DNA from: Escherichia coli
GTDB lineage: Bacteria > Pseudomonadota > Gammaproteobacteria > Enterobacterales > Enterobacteriaceae
Strand: one strand, 5' to 3'
DNA: 64,000 bases
Assembly: GCF_030013595.1 (NCBI RefSeq)
Contig: NZ_CP122768.1
The translations under genes and the position numbers were made by a program. How positions within the stretch are numbered: the stretch's first letter is position 1; each line of letters opens with the position of its first letter. The notes beneath the pieces were generated by a model. That model was not told the DNA's origin. It searched no databases and saw nothing but the letters and a program-made list of their open reading frames with translations. This document shows positions 1-10,427 of the stretch, in pieces.

Positions 1-2495
1 CGCATCCGGCAAACTGGCTGACGTTACAACGTTTAAACGATACCCAGTATGAAGCCCGCGTACCGGTGAGCAATTCCTTTGCGCCTAACATCACTTTTTC
101 GGTGCTGTATACCCGTAACGGTCAGTACAGTTTTCAGAACGCCGGGATCAAAGTTGCCGTTCCCCAGCTGGATATCCGGGTGAAAACGGACAAAACCCAT
201 TACCAGCCTGGTGAACTGGTTAATGTCGAATTAACCTCGTTGCTGAAAGGTAAACCTGTTTCTGCGCAGCTAACGGTTGGCGTGATCGATGAAATGATCT
301 ACGCGCTGCAACCGGAAATCGCGCCGAATATCGGCAAATTTTTCTATCCGCTGGGGCGTAACAATGTGCGTACCAGCTCCAGTCTGTCGTTTATCAGCTA
401 CGACCAGGCGCTCTCCAGCGAGCCGGTTGCGCCTGGCGCGACTAACCGCAGCGAGCGGCGAGTAAAAATGCTTGAACGTCCACGGCGTGAAGAGGTGGAT
501 ACCGCGGCATGGATGCCGTCACTCACAACCGATAAACAAGGCAAAGCGTATTTCACGTTCCTGATGCCTGATTCGTTAACCCGCTGGCGCATTACCGCGC
601 GTGGGATGAGCGGCGACGGGTTGGTCGGGCAGGGGAGTGCTTATCTGCGTTCGGAAAAAAATCTCTACATGAAGTGGAGTATGCCAACGGTGTATCGCAT
701 GGGCGACAAACCGGCAGCAGGACTGTTTATCTTCAGTCAGCAGGATAACGAACCGGTGGCGCTGGTGACTAAATTTGCAGGCGCTGAGATGCGCCAGACG
801 CTGACGCTGCACAAAGGGGCGAATTATATTTCGCTGACGCAGAACATTCAGCAATCTGGCTTGTTAAGCGCAGAACTGCAACAAAATGGGCAAGTGCAGG
901 ACAGCATTAGCACAAAACTGTCTTTTGTGGATAACAGCTGGCCCGTTGAACAGCAGAAAAATGTCATGCTCGGCGGTGGCGATAACGCGCTGATGTTGCC
1001 CGAGCAGGCGAGCAATATCCGGCTACAAAGTAGTGAAACGCCGCAGGAGATTTTCCGTAACAATCTTGATGCGTTAGTCGATGAACCGTGGGGTGGCGTG
1101 ATCAACACCGGTAGCCGTCTGATCCCGCTCAGTCTCGCCTGGCGTTCGCTTGCCGATCATCAAAGTGCCGCCGCTAACGACATTCGTCAGATGATTCAGG
1201 ATAACCGTCTGCGGCTGATGCAACTGGCGGGGCCCGGAGCGCGCTTTACCTGGTGGGGTGAAGATGGCAATGGTGACGCCTTCCTTACGGCATGGGCATG
1301 GTACGCCGACTGGCAGGCCAGCCAGGCGCTCGGCGTAACGCAGCAACCGGATTACTGGCAACATATGCTCGACAGTTATGCCGAGCAGGCAGATAACATG
1401 CCGTTATTGCATCGCGCGCTGGTGCTGGCGTGGGCACAGGAGATGAATCTGCCGTGCAAAACGTTGTTGAAAGGGTTGGATGAAGCTATCGCCCGGCGCG
1501 GAACTAAAACTGAAGATTTCTCTGAGGAAGACACCCGCGATATCAATGACAGCCTGATCCTCGATACACCGGAATCTCCACTAGCAGATGCGGTGGCAAA
1601 CGTCTTAACCATGACGTTGCTGAAAAAAGCGCAGTTGAAGTCCACGGTGATGCCACAGGTTCAGCAATATGCGTGGGATAAAGCGGCAAACAGCAATCAG
1701 CCGCTGGCGCACACGGTTGTGCTGCTCAATAGCGGGGGCGACGCTACCCAGGCGGCTGCTATTTTAAGTGGTTTGACCGCTGAGCAATCTACTATTGAGC
1801 GCGCGCTGGCCATGAACTGGCTGGCGAAATATATGGCGACAATGCCTCCAGTTGTGTTGCCTGCGCCTGCGGGCGCATGGGCCAAACATAAGTTAACTGG
1901 AGGGGGCGAATACTGGCGTTGGGTTGGTCAGGGCGTGCCGGACATTCTCTCTTTTGGTGACGAATTATCGCCGCAAAATGTGCAGGTCCGCTGGCGTGAA
2001 CCGGCAAAAACGGCTCAACAAAGTAACATTCCGGTGACCGTTGAACGCCAGTTGTATCGGCTTATCCCCGGTGAAGAAGAGATGAGCTTTACTCTGCAGC
2101 CGGTGACCAGCAATGAGATTGACAGCGATGCGCTGTATCTCGATGAAATCACGCTTACCAGCGAGCAGGATGCAGTTCTGCGCTATGGTCAGGTGGAAGT
2201 ACCGCTCCCGCCGGGAGCCGATGTTGAGCGCACAACATGGGGCATTTCGGTCAATAAACCCAACGCCGCGAAACAGCAGGGGCAATTGCTGGAAAAAGCG
2301 CGAAATGAAATGGGCGAACTGGCCTATATGGTGCCGGTGAAAGAACTGACGGGAACGGTCACTTTCCGCCATTTGCTGCGCTTCTCGCAAAAAGGGCAAT
2401 TCGTTCTGCCTCCTGCTCGTTATGTGCGTTCCTATGCACCTGCACAGCAAAGTGTTGCGGCAGGGAGCGAATGGACCGGGATGCAGGTGAAATAA
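1..2495 (+). CDS. yfaS: alpha-2-macroglobulin family protein YfaS, C-terminal part (5' end outside window)
   Basis: Reading frame of ORF 66..2495 stays open back to window position 1; followed by yfaQ/yfaP homologs in conserved order; identity recalled from E. coli synteny. Confidence 0.8.
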   Translation, partial: HPANWLTLQRLNDTQYEARVPVSNSFAPNITFSVLYTRNGQYSFQNAGIKVAVPQLDIRVKTDKTHYQPGELVNVELTSLLKGKPVSAQLTVGVIDEMIYALQPEIAPNIGKFFYPLGRNNVRTSSSLSFISYDQALSSEPVAPGATNRSERRVKMLERPRREEVDTAAWMPSLTTDKQGKAYFTFLMPDSLTRWRITARGMSGDGLVGQGSAYLRSEKNLYMKWSMPTVYRMGDKPAAGLFIFSQQDNEPVALVTKFAGAEMRQTLTLHKGANYISLTQNIQQSGLLSAELQQNGQVQDSISTKLSFVDNSWPVEQQKNVMLGGGDNALMLPEQASNIRLQSSETPQEIFRNNLDALVDEPWGGVINTGSRLIPLSLAWRSLADHQSAAANDIRQMIQDNRLRLMQLAGPGARFTWWGEDGNGDAFLTAWAWYADWQASQALGVTQQPDYWQHMLDSYAEQADNMPLLHRALVLAWAQEMNLPCKTLLKGLDEAIARRGTKTEDFSEEDTRDINDSLILDTPESPLADAVANVLTMTLLKKAQLKSTVMPQVQQYAWDKAANSNQPLAHTVVLLNSGGDATQAAAILSGLTAEQSTIERALAMNWLAKYMATMPPVVLPAPAGAWAKHKLTGGGEYWRWVGQGVPDILSFGDELSPQNVQVRWREPAKTAQQSNIPVTVERQLYRLIPGEEEMSFTLQPVTSNEIDSDALYLDEITLTSEQDAVLRYGQVEVPLPPGADVERTTWGISVNKPNAAKQQGQLLEKARNEMGELAYMVPVKELTGTVTFRHLLRFSQKGQFVLPPARYVRSYAPAQQSVAAGSEWTGMQVK

Positions 2496-4145
2496 GTGAA
2501 CTGGCGCAGAATCGTCTGGCTATTGGCGTTGGTTACTCTGCCAACGCTTGCGGAGGAGACGCCGTTACAACTGGTGCTGCGCGGTGCGCAGCACGATCAA
2601 CTGTATCAGCTGTCGTCATCAGGCGTGACCAAAGTCTCAGCATTACCTGACATGCTCACCACGCCGTTAGGGAGTTTGTGGAAACTGTATGTTTACGCCT
2701 GGCTGGAGGATACCCATCAACCGGAGCAGGCCTACCAGTGTCGTGGAAACTCCCCGGAAGAGGTTTATTGTTGTCAGGCTGGGGAGAGCATAACGCGCGA
2801 TACCGCGCTGGTACGTTCCTGTGGGCTCTATTTTGCGCCGCAGCGGTTGCATATTGGCGCAGATGTGTGGGGGCAATACTGGCAACAGCGTCAGGCACCT
2901 GCGTGGTTAGCGTCTCTTACTACGCTGAAGCCAGAAACCTCGGTAACGGTTAAATCACTGCTTGATTCATTAGCGACGTTACCCGCGCAAAACAAAGCTC
3001 AGGAAGTCTTACTGGATGTGGTGCTGGACGAGGCGAAAATCGGTGTCGCATCTATGCTCGGTAGTCGGGTACGGGTGAAAACCTGGAGCTGGTTTGCCGA
3101 TAATAAACAGGAAATCCGTCAGGGTGGTTTTGCTGGCTGGTTAACCGATGGTACACCGCTGTGGGCTACTGGCAGTGGCACCAGCAAAACGGTACTAACC
3201 CGTTATGCGACGGTGCTTAATCGAGTTTTGCCAGTGCCGACGCAGGTTGCCAGTGGGCAATGTGTAGAGGTGGAACTGTTTGCCCGCTATCCGCTGAAGA
3301 AAATCACAGCGGAAAAGAGTACGACGGCAGTAAAACCCGGCGTACTTAATGGGCGCTATCGTGTGACGTTTACTAATGGTAACCACATTACGTTTGTCAG
3401 CCACGGTGAGACGACCTTACTGAGCGAAAAGGGCAAACTGAAATTGCAGTCGCATCTTGATCGTGAAGAGTACGTTGCCAGAGTTCTGGATCGCGAGGCG
3501 AAAAGTACGCCCCCTGAGGCAGCGAAAGCCATGACCGTGGCGATTCGCACTTTTTTACAGCAAAACGCCAATCGGGAAGGCGATTGCCTGACCATCCCCG
3601 ACAGTAGCGCCACGCAGCGTGTTTCTGCTTCGCCAGCGACCACGGGGGCGCGAACGATGACCGCCTGGACGCAGGATCTCATCTATGCGGGCGATCCGGT
3701 TCATTATCACGGCAGTCGCGCTACCGAAGGGACGCTTTCCTGGCGGCAAGCCATGGCCCAGGCGGGGCAGGGGGAGCGTTACGACCAGATACTCGCGTTT
3801 GCTTATCCCGACAACAGCCTTAGCCGCTGGGGAGCGCCACGCTCAACCTGCCAGTTATTACCCAAAGCGAAAGCCTGGCTGGCGAAAAAAATGCCGCAGT
3901 GGCGGCGTATATTACAAGGTGAGACGGGGTACAACGAACCAGACGTGTTTGCGGTTTGCCGTTTAGTCTCAGGTTTCCCCTATACCGATCGGCAGCAGAA
4001 ACGGCTGTTTATTCGTAACTTCTTTACGCTTCAGGATCGGCTCGATTTAACCCATGAGTATCTGCATCTGGCCTTTGATGGTTATCCCACCGGGCTTGAT
4101 GAGAACTATATCGAAACGCTGACCCGACAATTATTAATGGACTAA
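2496..4145 (+). CDS. yfaQ: DUF2300-type secreted protein YfaQ
   Basis: 549 aa ORF with N-terminal signal peptide, GTG start abutting yfaS stop; length and position match E. coli yfaQ. Confidence 0.8.
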   Translation: MNWRRIVWLLALVTLPTLAEETPLQLVLRGAQHDQLYQLSSSGVTKVSALPDMLTTPLGSLWKLYVYAWLEDTHQPEQAYQCRGNSPEEVYCCQAGESITRDTALVRSCGLYFAPQRLHIGADVWGQYWQQRQAPAWLASLTTLKPETSVTVKSLLDSLATLPAQNKAQEVLLDVVLDEAKIGVASMLGSRVRVKTWSWFADNKQEIRQGGFAGWLTDGTPLWATGSGTSKTVLTRYATVLNRVLPVPTQVASGQCVEVELFARYPLKKITAEKSTTAVKPGVLNGRYRVTFTNGNHITFVSHGETTLLSEKGKLKLQSHLDREEYVARVLDREAKSTPPEAAKAMTVAIRTFLQQNANREGDCLTIPDSSATQRVSASPATTGARTMTAWTQDLIYAGDPVHYHGSRATEGTLSWRQAMAQAGQGERYDQILAFAYPDNSLSRWGAPRSTCQLLPKAKAWLAKKMPQWRRILQGETGYNEPDVFAVCRLVSGFPYTDRQQKRLFIRNFFTLQDRLDLTHEYLHLAFDGYPTGLDENYIETLTRQLLMD

Positions 4146-4149
4146 TGCT

Positions 4150-4926
4150 ATGCGAAAGATTTTTCTTCCGTTGTTACTGGTGGCGCTTTCGCCTGTTGCC
4201 CATGGCGAAGGTGTGCAGGAAGTCGAGATTGATGCACCGCTCTCTGGCTGGCATCAGGCAGAGGGCGAAGATGCCAGTTTTTCACAATCGATCAATTACC
4301 CGGCGTCGTCCGTCAACATGGCAGATGATCAAAATATCTCAGCGCAGATCCGCGGCAAAATAAAGAATTATGCTGCGGCGGGTAAAGTTCAGCAGGGCCG
4401 GCTGGTGGTCAACGGTGCCAGTATGCCGCAGAGAATTGAATCCGATGGTTCATTTGCACGCCCTTATATTTTCACTGAAGGCAGCAACAGCGTGCAGGTC
4501 ATCAGCCCGGATGGGCAAAGCCGACAAAAAATGCAGTTTTACTCAACGCCGGGCGCTGGAGCGATCCGCGCGCGTTTACGGCTGGTTCTCTCCTGGGACA
4601 CGGACAATACCGATCTCGACCTTCACGTTGTTACGCCCGATGGCGAACACGCCTGGTACGGTAACACCGTGCTGAAAAACAGTGGTGCACTGGATATGGA
4701 TGTCACGACGGGGTACGGACCCGAGATCTTCGCCATGCCAGCGCCAGTTCACGGACGTTATCAGGTGTATATCAACTACTATGGCGGACGCAGCGAAACG
4801 GAATTGACGACCGCCCAACTGACGCTGATCACCGATGAAGGATCGGTCAATGAGAAACAGGAAACATTTATTGTACCGATGCGTAATGCTGGCGAGCTGA
4901 CGCTGGTGAAAAGTTTTGACTGGTGA
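4150..4926 (+). CDS. yfaP: DUF2135-type secreted protein YfaP
   Basis: 258 aa ORF with signal peptide, 4 bp after yfaQ stop; synteny. Confidence 0.8.
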   Translation: MRKIFLPLLLVALSPVAHGEGVQEVEIDAPLSGWHQAEGEDASFSQSINYPASSVNMADDQNISAQIRGKIKNYAAAGKVQQGRLVVNGASMPQRIESDGSFARPYIFTEGSNSVQVISPDGQSRQKMQFYSTPGAGAIRARLRLVLSWDTDNTDLDLHVVTPDGEHAWYGNTVLKNSGALDMDVTTGYGPEIFAMPAPVHGRYQVYINYYGGRSETELTTAQLTLITDEGSVNEKQETFIVPMRNAGELTLVKSFDW

Positions 4927-4961
4927 TTAATGGGGTTACCTTCGCCGTCGATGTTCAAGAA

Positions 4962-4996
4962 AACGCCCGATAACTTTCGCTATCGGGTGTTTTTAT
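4962..4996. terminator. bidirectional rho-independent terminator between yfaP and atoB
   Basis: hairpin cccgata...tatcggg flanked by A-run and T-run between convergent genes. Confidence 0.6.
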
Positions 4997-4999
4997 TGA

Positions 5000-6184
5000 T
5001 TAATTCAACCGTTCAATCACCATCGCAATTCCCTGGCCGCCACCAATGCACAGTGTTGCCAGCCCCAGCGTTTTATCGTGTGCCTGCATGGCATGTAATA
5101 GTGTGACCAGAATACGAGCACCACTGGCACCGATAGGATGCCCGAGCGCGATGGCCCCGCCGTTGACATTCACTTTCTCAGAATCAAAGCCCAGGGTTTT
5201 CCCAACGGCAAGGAACTGTGCAGCAAATGCTTCATTAGCCTCAATGAGATCAATATCCGCCAGTTGCAGCCCCGCCAGTTGTAACGCTTTTTGCGTGGCA
5301 GGTACTGGCCCCATACCCATCAATGCGGGGGGCACGCCACCGCTGGCATAACTTTTAATGCGAGCCAGGGGGGTAAGGCCTGCTGCCAGCGCCGCAGATT
5401 CTTCCATAATCACCAGAGCGGCAGCACCGTCGTTAATACCAGACGCGTTCCCGGCGGTGACTGTTCCTGCTTTATCGAAGGCCGGGCGCAATGCGCCTAA
5501 CGCTTCAGTCGTAGAATCCGCTTTCGGGAATTCGTCTTGACTGAAGACGAAGGTTTTCTTCCGGGTGACAACATTTACCGGGACGATTTCGGCTGTAAAA
5601 GCACCGGACTCAATTGCGGCTGCCGCTTTACGCTGTGAATGTAGCGCCAGTTCATCCTGCATTTCTCGGGTAATTCCGTACTCTTTGGCCACGTTCTCGG
5701 CGGTAATCCCCATATGATAACCATGGGTGGCGCACATCAGACCATCGCGCAGGATTACGTCATAAACCTGTCCGTCTCCAAGACGATAACCAGCGCGTGC
5801 TTTTGCATCGAGTAAGTAGGGCGCTAAACTCATATTTTCCATACCCCCCGCCACAATGCTTTGCGCCTGACCTGCCTGAATTGCCTGGGCGGCAAGCGCC
5901 ACACTTTTAAGACCCGAACCACACACTTTATTGACCGTGAATCCGCATACCGTTTCTGCCAGCCCGCTTTTTAACAGTGCCTGACGTGCCGGATTTTGCC
6001 CCAACCCGGCTTGCAACACGTTACCCATAATCACTTCATCAATGTGTAGTGAATCGATTTTTGCACGTTCAATGGCGGCTTTAATTACTGTCGCCCCCAG
6101 GTCGATGGCGCTGGTGGAAGCGAGTGAACCGTTAAAACTACCGATAGCAGTACGTACCGCACTGACGATGACACAATTTTTCAT
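5000..6184 (-). CDS. atoB: acetyl-CoA acetyltransferase (thiolase II)
   Basis: 394 aa thiolase with active-site Cys context (VNKVCGSGL), C-terminal CIGGGQG; last gene of ato operon. Confidence 0.93.
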   Translation of the reverse strand: MKNCVIVSAVRTAIGSFNGSLASTSAIDLGATVIKAAIERAKIDSLHIDEVIMGNVLQAGLGQNPARQALLKSGLAETVCGFTVNKVCGSGLKSVALAAQAIQAGQAQSIVAGGMENMSLAPYLLDAKARAGYRLGDGQVYDVILRDGLMCATHGYHMGITAENVAKEYGITREMQDELALHSQRKAAAAIESGAFTAEIVPVNVVTRKKTFVFSQDEFPKADSTTEALGALRPAFDKAGTVTAGNASGINDGAAALVIMEESAALAAGLTPLARIKSYASGGVPPALMGMGPVPATQKALQLAGLQLADIDLIEANEAFAAQFLAVGKTLGFDSEKVNVNGGAIALGHPIGASGARILVTLLHAMQAHDKTLGLATLCIGGGQGIAMVIERLN

Positions 6185-6214
6185 TTTTTATTCCTTCTGT
6201 CTGTAGGGTTGCCG

Positions 6215-7537
6215 TCAGAACAGCGTTAAACCAATGACGAAAATGACGCCGGAGAAGAGCAGGGCAGTGATGCAATAGCCCATGATGTCGCGGACACCGA
6301 GTCCGGCGATTGCCAGTGCTGGCAGCGCCCAGAATGGTTGTGCCATGTTCATCCATTGCTCGCCGTAGGCGATCGCCATTACCGATTTACCGAGATCAGC
6401 GCCCAGCGCCTGGGCTGCGGGTATCACGAAAGGTCCCTGAATAACCCAGTGACCGCCGCCAGACGGAACGGCGAAGTTAATCAGTGCAGAACTAAAAAAG
6501 GTCATTACCGGGAAGGTGTCTTTGTTCGCAACATTGATGAAGAATTCGGTAATGAGTCCGCCCAGACCGGAATGCTCCATCATCAGTTGGATGCCAGCGT
6601 AGAAGGGGAATTGCACCAGAATACCGGCAGTACTGCGTGCTGCCGCGCTGATAGCACGCATATAAGCCATTGGCGTTTTATGTAGCAGCAGACCCGCAAT
6701 CATAAACATCAGGTTGACGGTATTGATGGTGATGTTGAAGCCATGTTCGCTGAAGTACATCGCAAGGTAAGCGATACCGAGTGCGCCGATGATCAACGTC
6801 AGAATGCGGCTTTCTTCCAGTCGCTCGGATGGTGGGGCATCTTTCGGTAGCTGCTTTTGGAAATCAGCCTCTTCCATGAGTAGTTTCGGATCGATACTCA
6901 CCACGTCAGACGGTTTTGGCATCATCATGCGGGTGATAAATGGCATCACCACAATCAACGCCACAGTGATGAAAATGTTAAAACCACTGAACAGAGTATC
7001 GCCCACCGGGATCAGCCCGGCGATATGCTCAACCGGGTTGCCCGGTGTTGCAGCCAACAGAGGCATTGAGCCAGAGAAACCGCCACCCCAGGTGAGAAAA
7101 CCAATGTAGGCGCAGGCAATGAGCAACGGATAATCAGAACCGGGTACTCGGCGGGCGACTTCACGGGCAAACATTGCGCCGACAACCAAACCAAATCCCC
7201 AGTTGATGACACAAGCGACTGAACCGAAGAAAGTAACCAGCATGACGCCCTGTACGGGCGTCTTTGCGGCGGAGGCGGCAGTACGCAGCAAACTTTTTAC
7301 CGGAGCAGAGCTGGCAAGGGCATGACCGGTAACGATGATAAGCGCCATCTGCATACCAAACGCCAGCAAGTTCCAGAAACCGTCACCCCACATTTTCACC
7401 ATGCTGATCGGCGTTTGTGGTGTTAACCAAAGCGCGATCACGAAAGTTAGCAATGTCAGCAACATGGCAAAGATCAGTGGATCGGGAAGCCACCGGCTGA
7501 CAAAACGCGTCATAAAACGCGATATGCGACCAATCAT
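6215..7537 (-). CDS. atoE: short-chain fatty acid transporter
   Basis: 440 aa polytopic membrane protein between atoA and atoB. Confidence 0.9.
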   Translation of the reverse strand: MIGRISRFMTRFVSRWLPDPLIFAMLLTLLTFVIALWLTPQTPISMVKMWGDGFWNLLAFGMQMALIIVTGHALASSAPVKSLLRTAASAAKTPVQGVMLVTFFGSVACVINWGFGLVVGAMFAREVARRVPGSDYPLLIACAYIGFLTWGGGFSGSMPLLAATPGNPVEHIAGLIPVGDTLFSGFNIFITVALIVVMPFITRMMMPKPSDVVSIDPKLLMEEADFQKQLPKDAPPSERLEESRILTLIIGALGIAYLAMYFSEHGFNITINTVNLMFMIAGLLLHKTPMAYMRAISAAARSTAGILVQFPFYAGIQLMMEHSGLGGLITEFFINVANKDTFPVMTFFSSALINFAVPSGGGHWVIQGPFVIPAAQALGADLGKSVMAIAYGEQWMNMAQPFWALPALAIAGLGVRDIMGYCITALLFSGVIFVIGLTLF

Positions 7538-8184
7538 AAATCACCCCGTTGCGTATTCAGATCGGCGGCGACTTCAAACCGAGCTTCTGTTTTGGCACGC
7601 ACGGTGGCTAAATCACACCCGTCGGCAATTTCGGTGAGCCACATTTTGCCGTCAATAAAACGAAAGACAGCCAGTTCAGTAACCAGCATATGCACCGCAT
7701 GTTGCGCAGTGAGTGGCATGGTGCAGCGGCGCAAAATTTTTGCTGAACCATCTTTGGCACAATGTTCCATGGCGATGATCACTTTGCGCGACCCGGTCAC
7801 CAGATCCATCGCGCCACCCATACCGGGCACCATTTTCCCAGGCACTACCCAGTTCGCGAGGTTTGCTTCTTCGTCTACTTGCAAACCGCCGAGCACGCAG
7901 GCATCAATATGACCGCCGCGGATTAGCGCAAATGACATGGCGCTATCAAACATGGCTGCACCGGGTAAAACACCGCACGGTTGCCCGCCAGCGTTCACCA
8001 GATCTGGATGCGCTGTCGTGACCGGGCCTAAACCGAGGAAGCCGTTTTCCGATTGCAGAGTGATATGAATACCCTCCGGTAAATAATTGGCGACCATTGT
8101 GGGTAAACCGATCCCTAAGTTAACGATGTCACCATCACGAAGCTCTTGCGCCACACGGCGCGCAATACGTTGTTTCGCATCCAT
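7534..8184 (-). CDS. atoA: acetate CoA-transferase subunit beta
   Basis: 216 aa CoA-transferase subunit, overlapping stop/start with atoE. Confidence 0.92.
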   Translation of the reverse strand: MDAKQRIARRVAQELRDGDIVNLGIGLPTMVANYLPEGIHITLQSENGFLGLGPVTTAHPDLVNAGGQPCGVLPGAAMFDSAMSFALIRGGHIDACVLGGLQVDEEANLANWVVPGKMVPGMGGAMDLVTGSRKVIIAMEHCAKDGSAKILRRCTMPLTAQHAVHMLVTELAVFRFIDGKMWLTEIADGCDLATVRAKTEARFEVAADLNTQRGDL

Positions 8185-8846
8185 TATTTGCTCTCCTGTG
8201 AAACGATGATGTGGTCGATAACGGCACCAGGGGTGACAATATGGTCAGGTTGCAGCTCGCCGGTTTCGACCAGTTCATCCGGCTCTACCAGCGTGATATC
8301 AGCCGCAAGGGCTATCAGGGGGTTAAAGTTGCGGGCGCTAAGGTGATAGGTCAGGTTGCCAAGTGTGTCGCAACGATGAGCGCGAATTAGCGCCAGGTCG
8401 GCGCGCAGCGGGCGTTCGAGCAGCCAGGTTTTACCGTCGAGTGTCAGTGTCTGTTTGCCTTCCTCTACGACGGTGCCGACACCCGTTGGTGTGAGAAAAC
8501 CACCAAGTCCAGCTCCACCACAGCGAATTTGCTCGATTAGCGTACCTTGCGGCACCAGAACGACGTCCATCTCACCAGATATCATGCGCCGACCTGTTTC
8601 CGGGTTGGTGCCGATATGTGAAGCAATCACTTTGCGGACTCGACCATTGACGATGAGCGGACCGATGCCAGTATCAACAAACGCGGTATCATTGGCTATC
8701 AATGTCAGGTCGCGAACACCAGATTCCAGTAATGCTTCAACCAGGCGGGATGGAGTGCCAATCCCCATAAATCCGCCCACCATGATGGTCATGCCGTCAC
8801 GAAAGAAGCCGGTGGCATCTTGTAATGTCATCAATTTTGTTTTCAT
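8184..8846 (-). CDS. atoD: acetate CoA-transferase subunit alpha
   Basis: 220 aa CoA-transferase subunit, first gene of atoDAEB. Confidence 0.92.
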   Translation of the reverse strand: MKTKLMTLQDATGFFRDGMTIMVGGFMGIGTPSRLVEALLESGVRDLTLIANDTAFVDTGIGPLIVNGRVRKVIASHIGTNPETGRRMISGEMDVVLVPQGTLIEQIRCGGAGLGGFLTPTGVGTVVEEGKQTLTLDGKTWLLERPLRADLALIRAHRCDTLGNLTYHLSARNFNPLIALAADITLVEPDELVETGELQPDHIVTPGAVIDHIIVSQESK

Positions 8847-8891
8847 TTTTTATCCCTCTTGCATACACCGTTGTGGGTACAGTCAGGGAAT

Positions 8892-8908
8892 AGCAAGGGG
8901 AGTGCCAG
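8892..8908 (-). promoter_or_regulatory. sigma54 (-24/-12) promoter of atoDAEB
   Basis: minus-strand TGGCACtccccTTGCT (GG-N10-GC) about 45 bp upstream of the atoD start; atoC encodes a sigma54 activator. Confidence 0.7.
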
Positions 8909-8989
8909 AATGAGATTATTGGATTTTGTTATTTAACTAATTGAATATGAAGGGATAAATTGGATGGGGATTTATAAGGAGAATGAGCG

Positions 8990-9030
8990 GCTATGCAGAA
9001 AATTGCGCACTGTGCAAATTTCTGCATAGC
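8990..9030. promoter_or_regulatory. AtoC enhancer-like inverted repeat
   Basis: near-perfect 41 bp palindrome gctatgcagaaaattgcgcac/tgtgcaaatttctgcatagc about 90 bp upstream of the sigma54 element. Confidence 0.7.
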
Positions 9031-9041
9031 AAGTTTTGGCG

Positions 9042-10427
9042 TTATACATCCGCCGGATCGATACCGTATTCCTGCAGTTTATACATCAATGCACGGCGAC
9101 TGATGCCCAGCATTAAAGCAGTGCGGGTTCGGTTTCCTTCTTGTTGTTCCAGCACTTCCATAATGATGCGTTTTTCGACGCGTTTAATTTCCTCTTTTAA
9201 ATTACGCTCACCGACAGGGGCTGTTTTTGCCTCACCAGCATTACAGACTGGCTGACGAATCTGTGGCGGAAGATCCTCAGAAAAAATGATCGGGCCTGAG
9301 TTCATCACGACGGCGCGTTCAATAACGTTGGAAAGCTCTCGAATATTTCCCGGCCATGACCAGGCGGTAAGCAGTGACATTGCCATCGGATCGATGTCGA
9401 TAATATCGCGCTGATTCTCACTACTGAATTTTTGCAAAAAGTGATTAGCTAACAGGGAAATATCTTCCCGGCGATCGCGCAGAGGCGGCAGTATTAAATG
9501 AATAACGTTAAGGCGATAAAAGAGATCTTCACGGAAGGTGCCTTCTTTTACCATTGCCTGCAAGTCACGGTTGGTGGCAGCAATGATGCGGATATCAACT
9601 TTTATGGTCTGATGGCCGCCAATCCGTTCAAATTCCCGTTCCTGCAGAATGCGTAGTAATTTGGCTTGCAGTACGAGCGGCATTTCGCCAATTTCGTCGA
9701 GGAGCAGAGTACCTTCGTTGGCACGTTCAAATAATCCCTGACGCAAGGTTTGTGCACCAGTAAATGCACCTTTTTCATGACCAAACAGTTCACTTTCGAG
9801 CAACGATTCCGGCAGCGCCGCGCAGTTGACTTTAATGAACGGCCCCTTTGCCCGCCGCGAATTGTAGTGAATCGCTCTGGCAATCAACTCTTTCCCGGTG
9901 CCGCTTTCACCGCTAATCAAGACGCTGGCCTGAGAAAGGGCAATTTTGGCGGTGTCTTTGCAGATGTCCATCATCGCCGGGCTGTTGGTGAGAATGTGCC
10001 CCCATTGCCAGCTGGTGCTCAGTGCCTGGTGCAGATGGCGGATCTCTTTTTTCATTGACTGGAGTTGTAAAGCGCGCTGAACGATTAAATTCAACTCATC
10101 GAGATCAAACGGTTTGATAACATAGTCGAAGGCTCCGCAGCGTAGCGCTTCGACGGCGTTTTCCACTTCAGCATAGGCCGTCATCAGAATAACGGGTGTC
10201 CGGGTCTCATTACTGCGCATCTCCTTGAGTGCCTTGATGCCGTCCATCTCTGGCATGCGGATATCCATCAACACCACGTCAGGGTGAATATCAGCAAACA
10301 GGTGTAATGCTGTGCGTCCGTTGTTCGCACAATGTGTTTCGAAACCTTGTAGTGCAAAAGCGGTGCTCAGCATACGGCGAACATTATCTTCATCATCCAC
10401 AATAAGGATGCGATTAATAGCAGTCAT
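9042..10427 (-). CDS. atoC: NtrC-family sigma54-dependent response regulator AtoC
   Basis: 461 aa with receiver domain, AAA+ GESGTGKE Walker A, GAFTGA motif and C-terminal HTH. Confidence 0.93.
   Translation of the reverse strand: MTAINRILIVDDEDNVRRMLSTAFALQGFETHCANNGRTALHLFADIHPDVVLMDIRMPEMDGIKALKEMRSNETRTPVILMTAYAEVENAVEALRCGAFDYVIKPFDLDELNLIVQRALQLQSMKKEIRHLHQALSTSWQWGHILTNSPAMMDICKDTAKIALSQASVLISGESGTGKELIARAIHYNSRRAKGPFIKVNCAALPESLLESELFGHEKGAFTGAQTLRQGLFERANEGTLLLDEIGEMPLVLQAKLLRILQEREFERIGGHQTIKVDIRIIAATNRDLQAMVKEGTFREDLFYRLNVIHLILPPLRDRREDISLLANHFLQKFSSENQRDIIDIDPMAMSLLTAWSWPGNIRELSNVIERAVVMNSGPIIFSEDLPPQIRQPVCNAGEAKTAPVGERNLKEEIKRVEKRIIMEVLEQQEGNRTRTALMLGISRRALMYKLQEYGIDPADV

Noticed and set aside
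1965-2450. 161 aa minus-strand ORF
   Set aside because: Antisense within yfaS; no RBS context. The same applies to the other short antisense ORFs inside yfaS, yfaQ, the ato genes and rcsC/rcsD.
4145-4363. 72 aa plus-strand ORF at the yfaQ/yfaP junction
   Set aside because: Alternative frame overlapping the yfaP start; the yfaP frame encodes a signal peptide and a full-length conserved protein.
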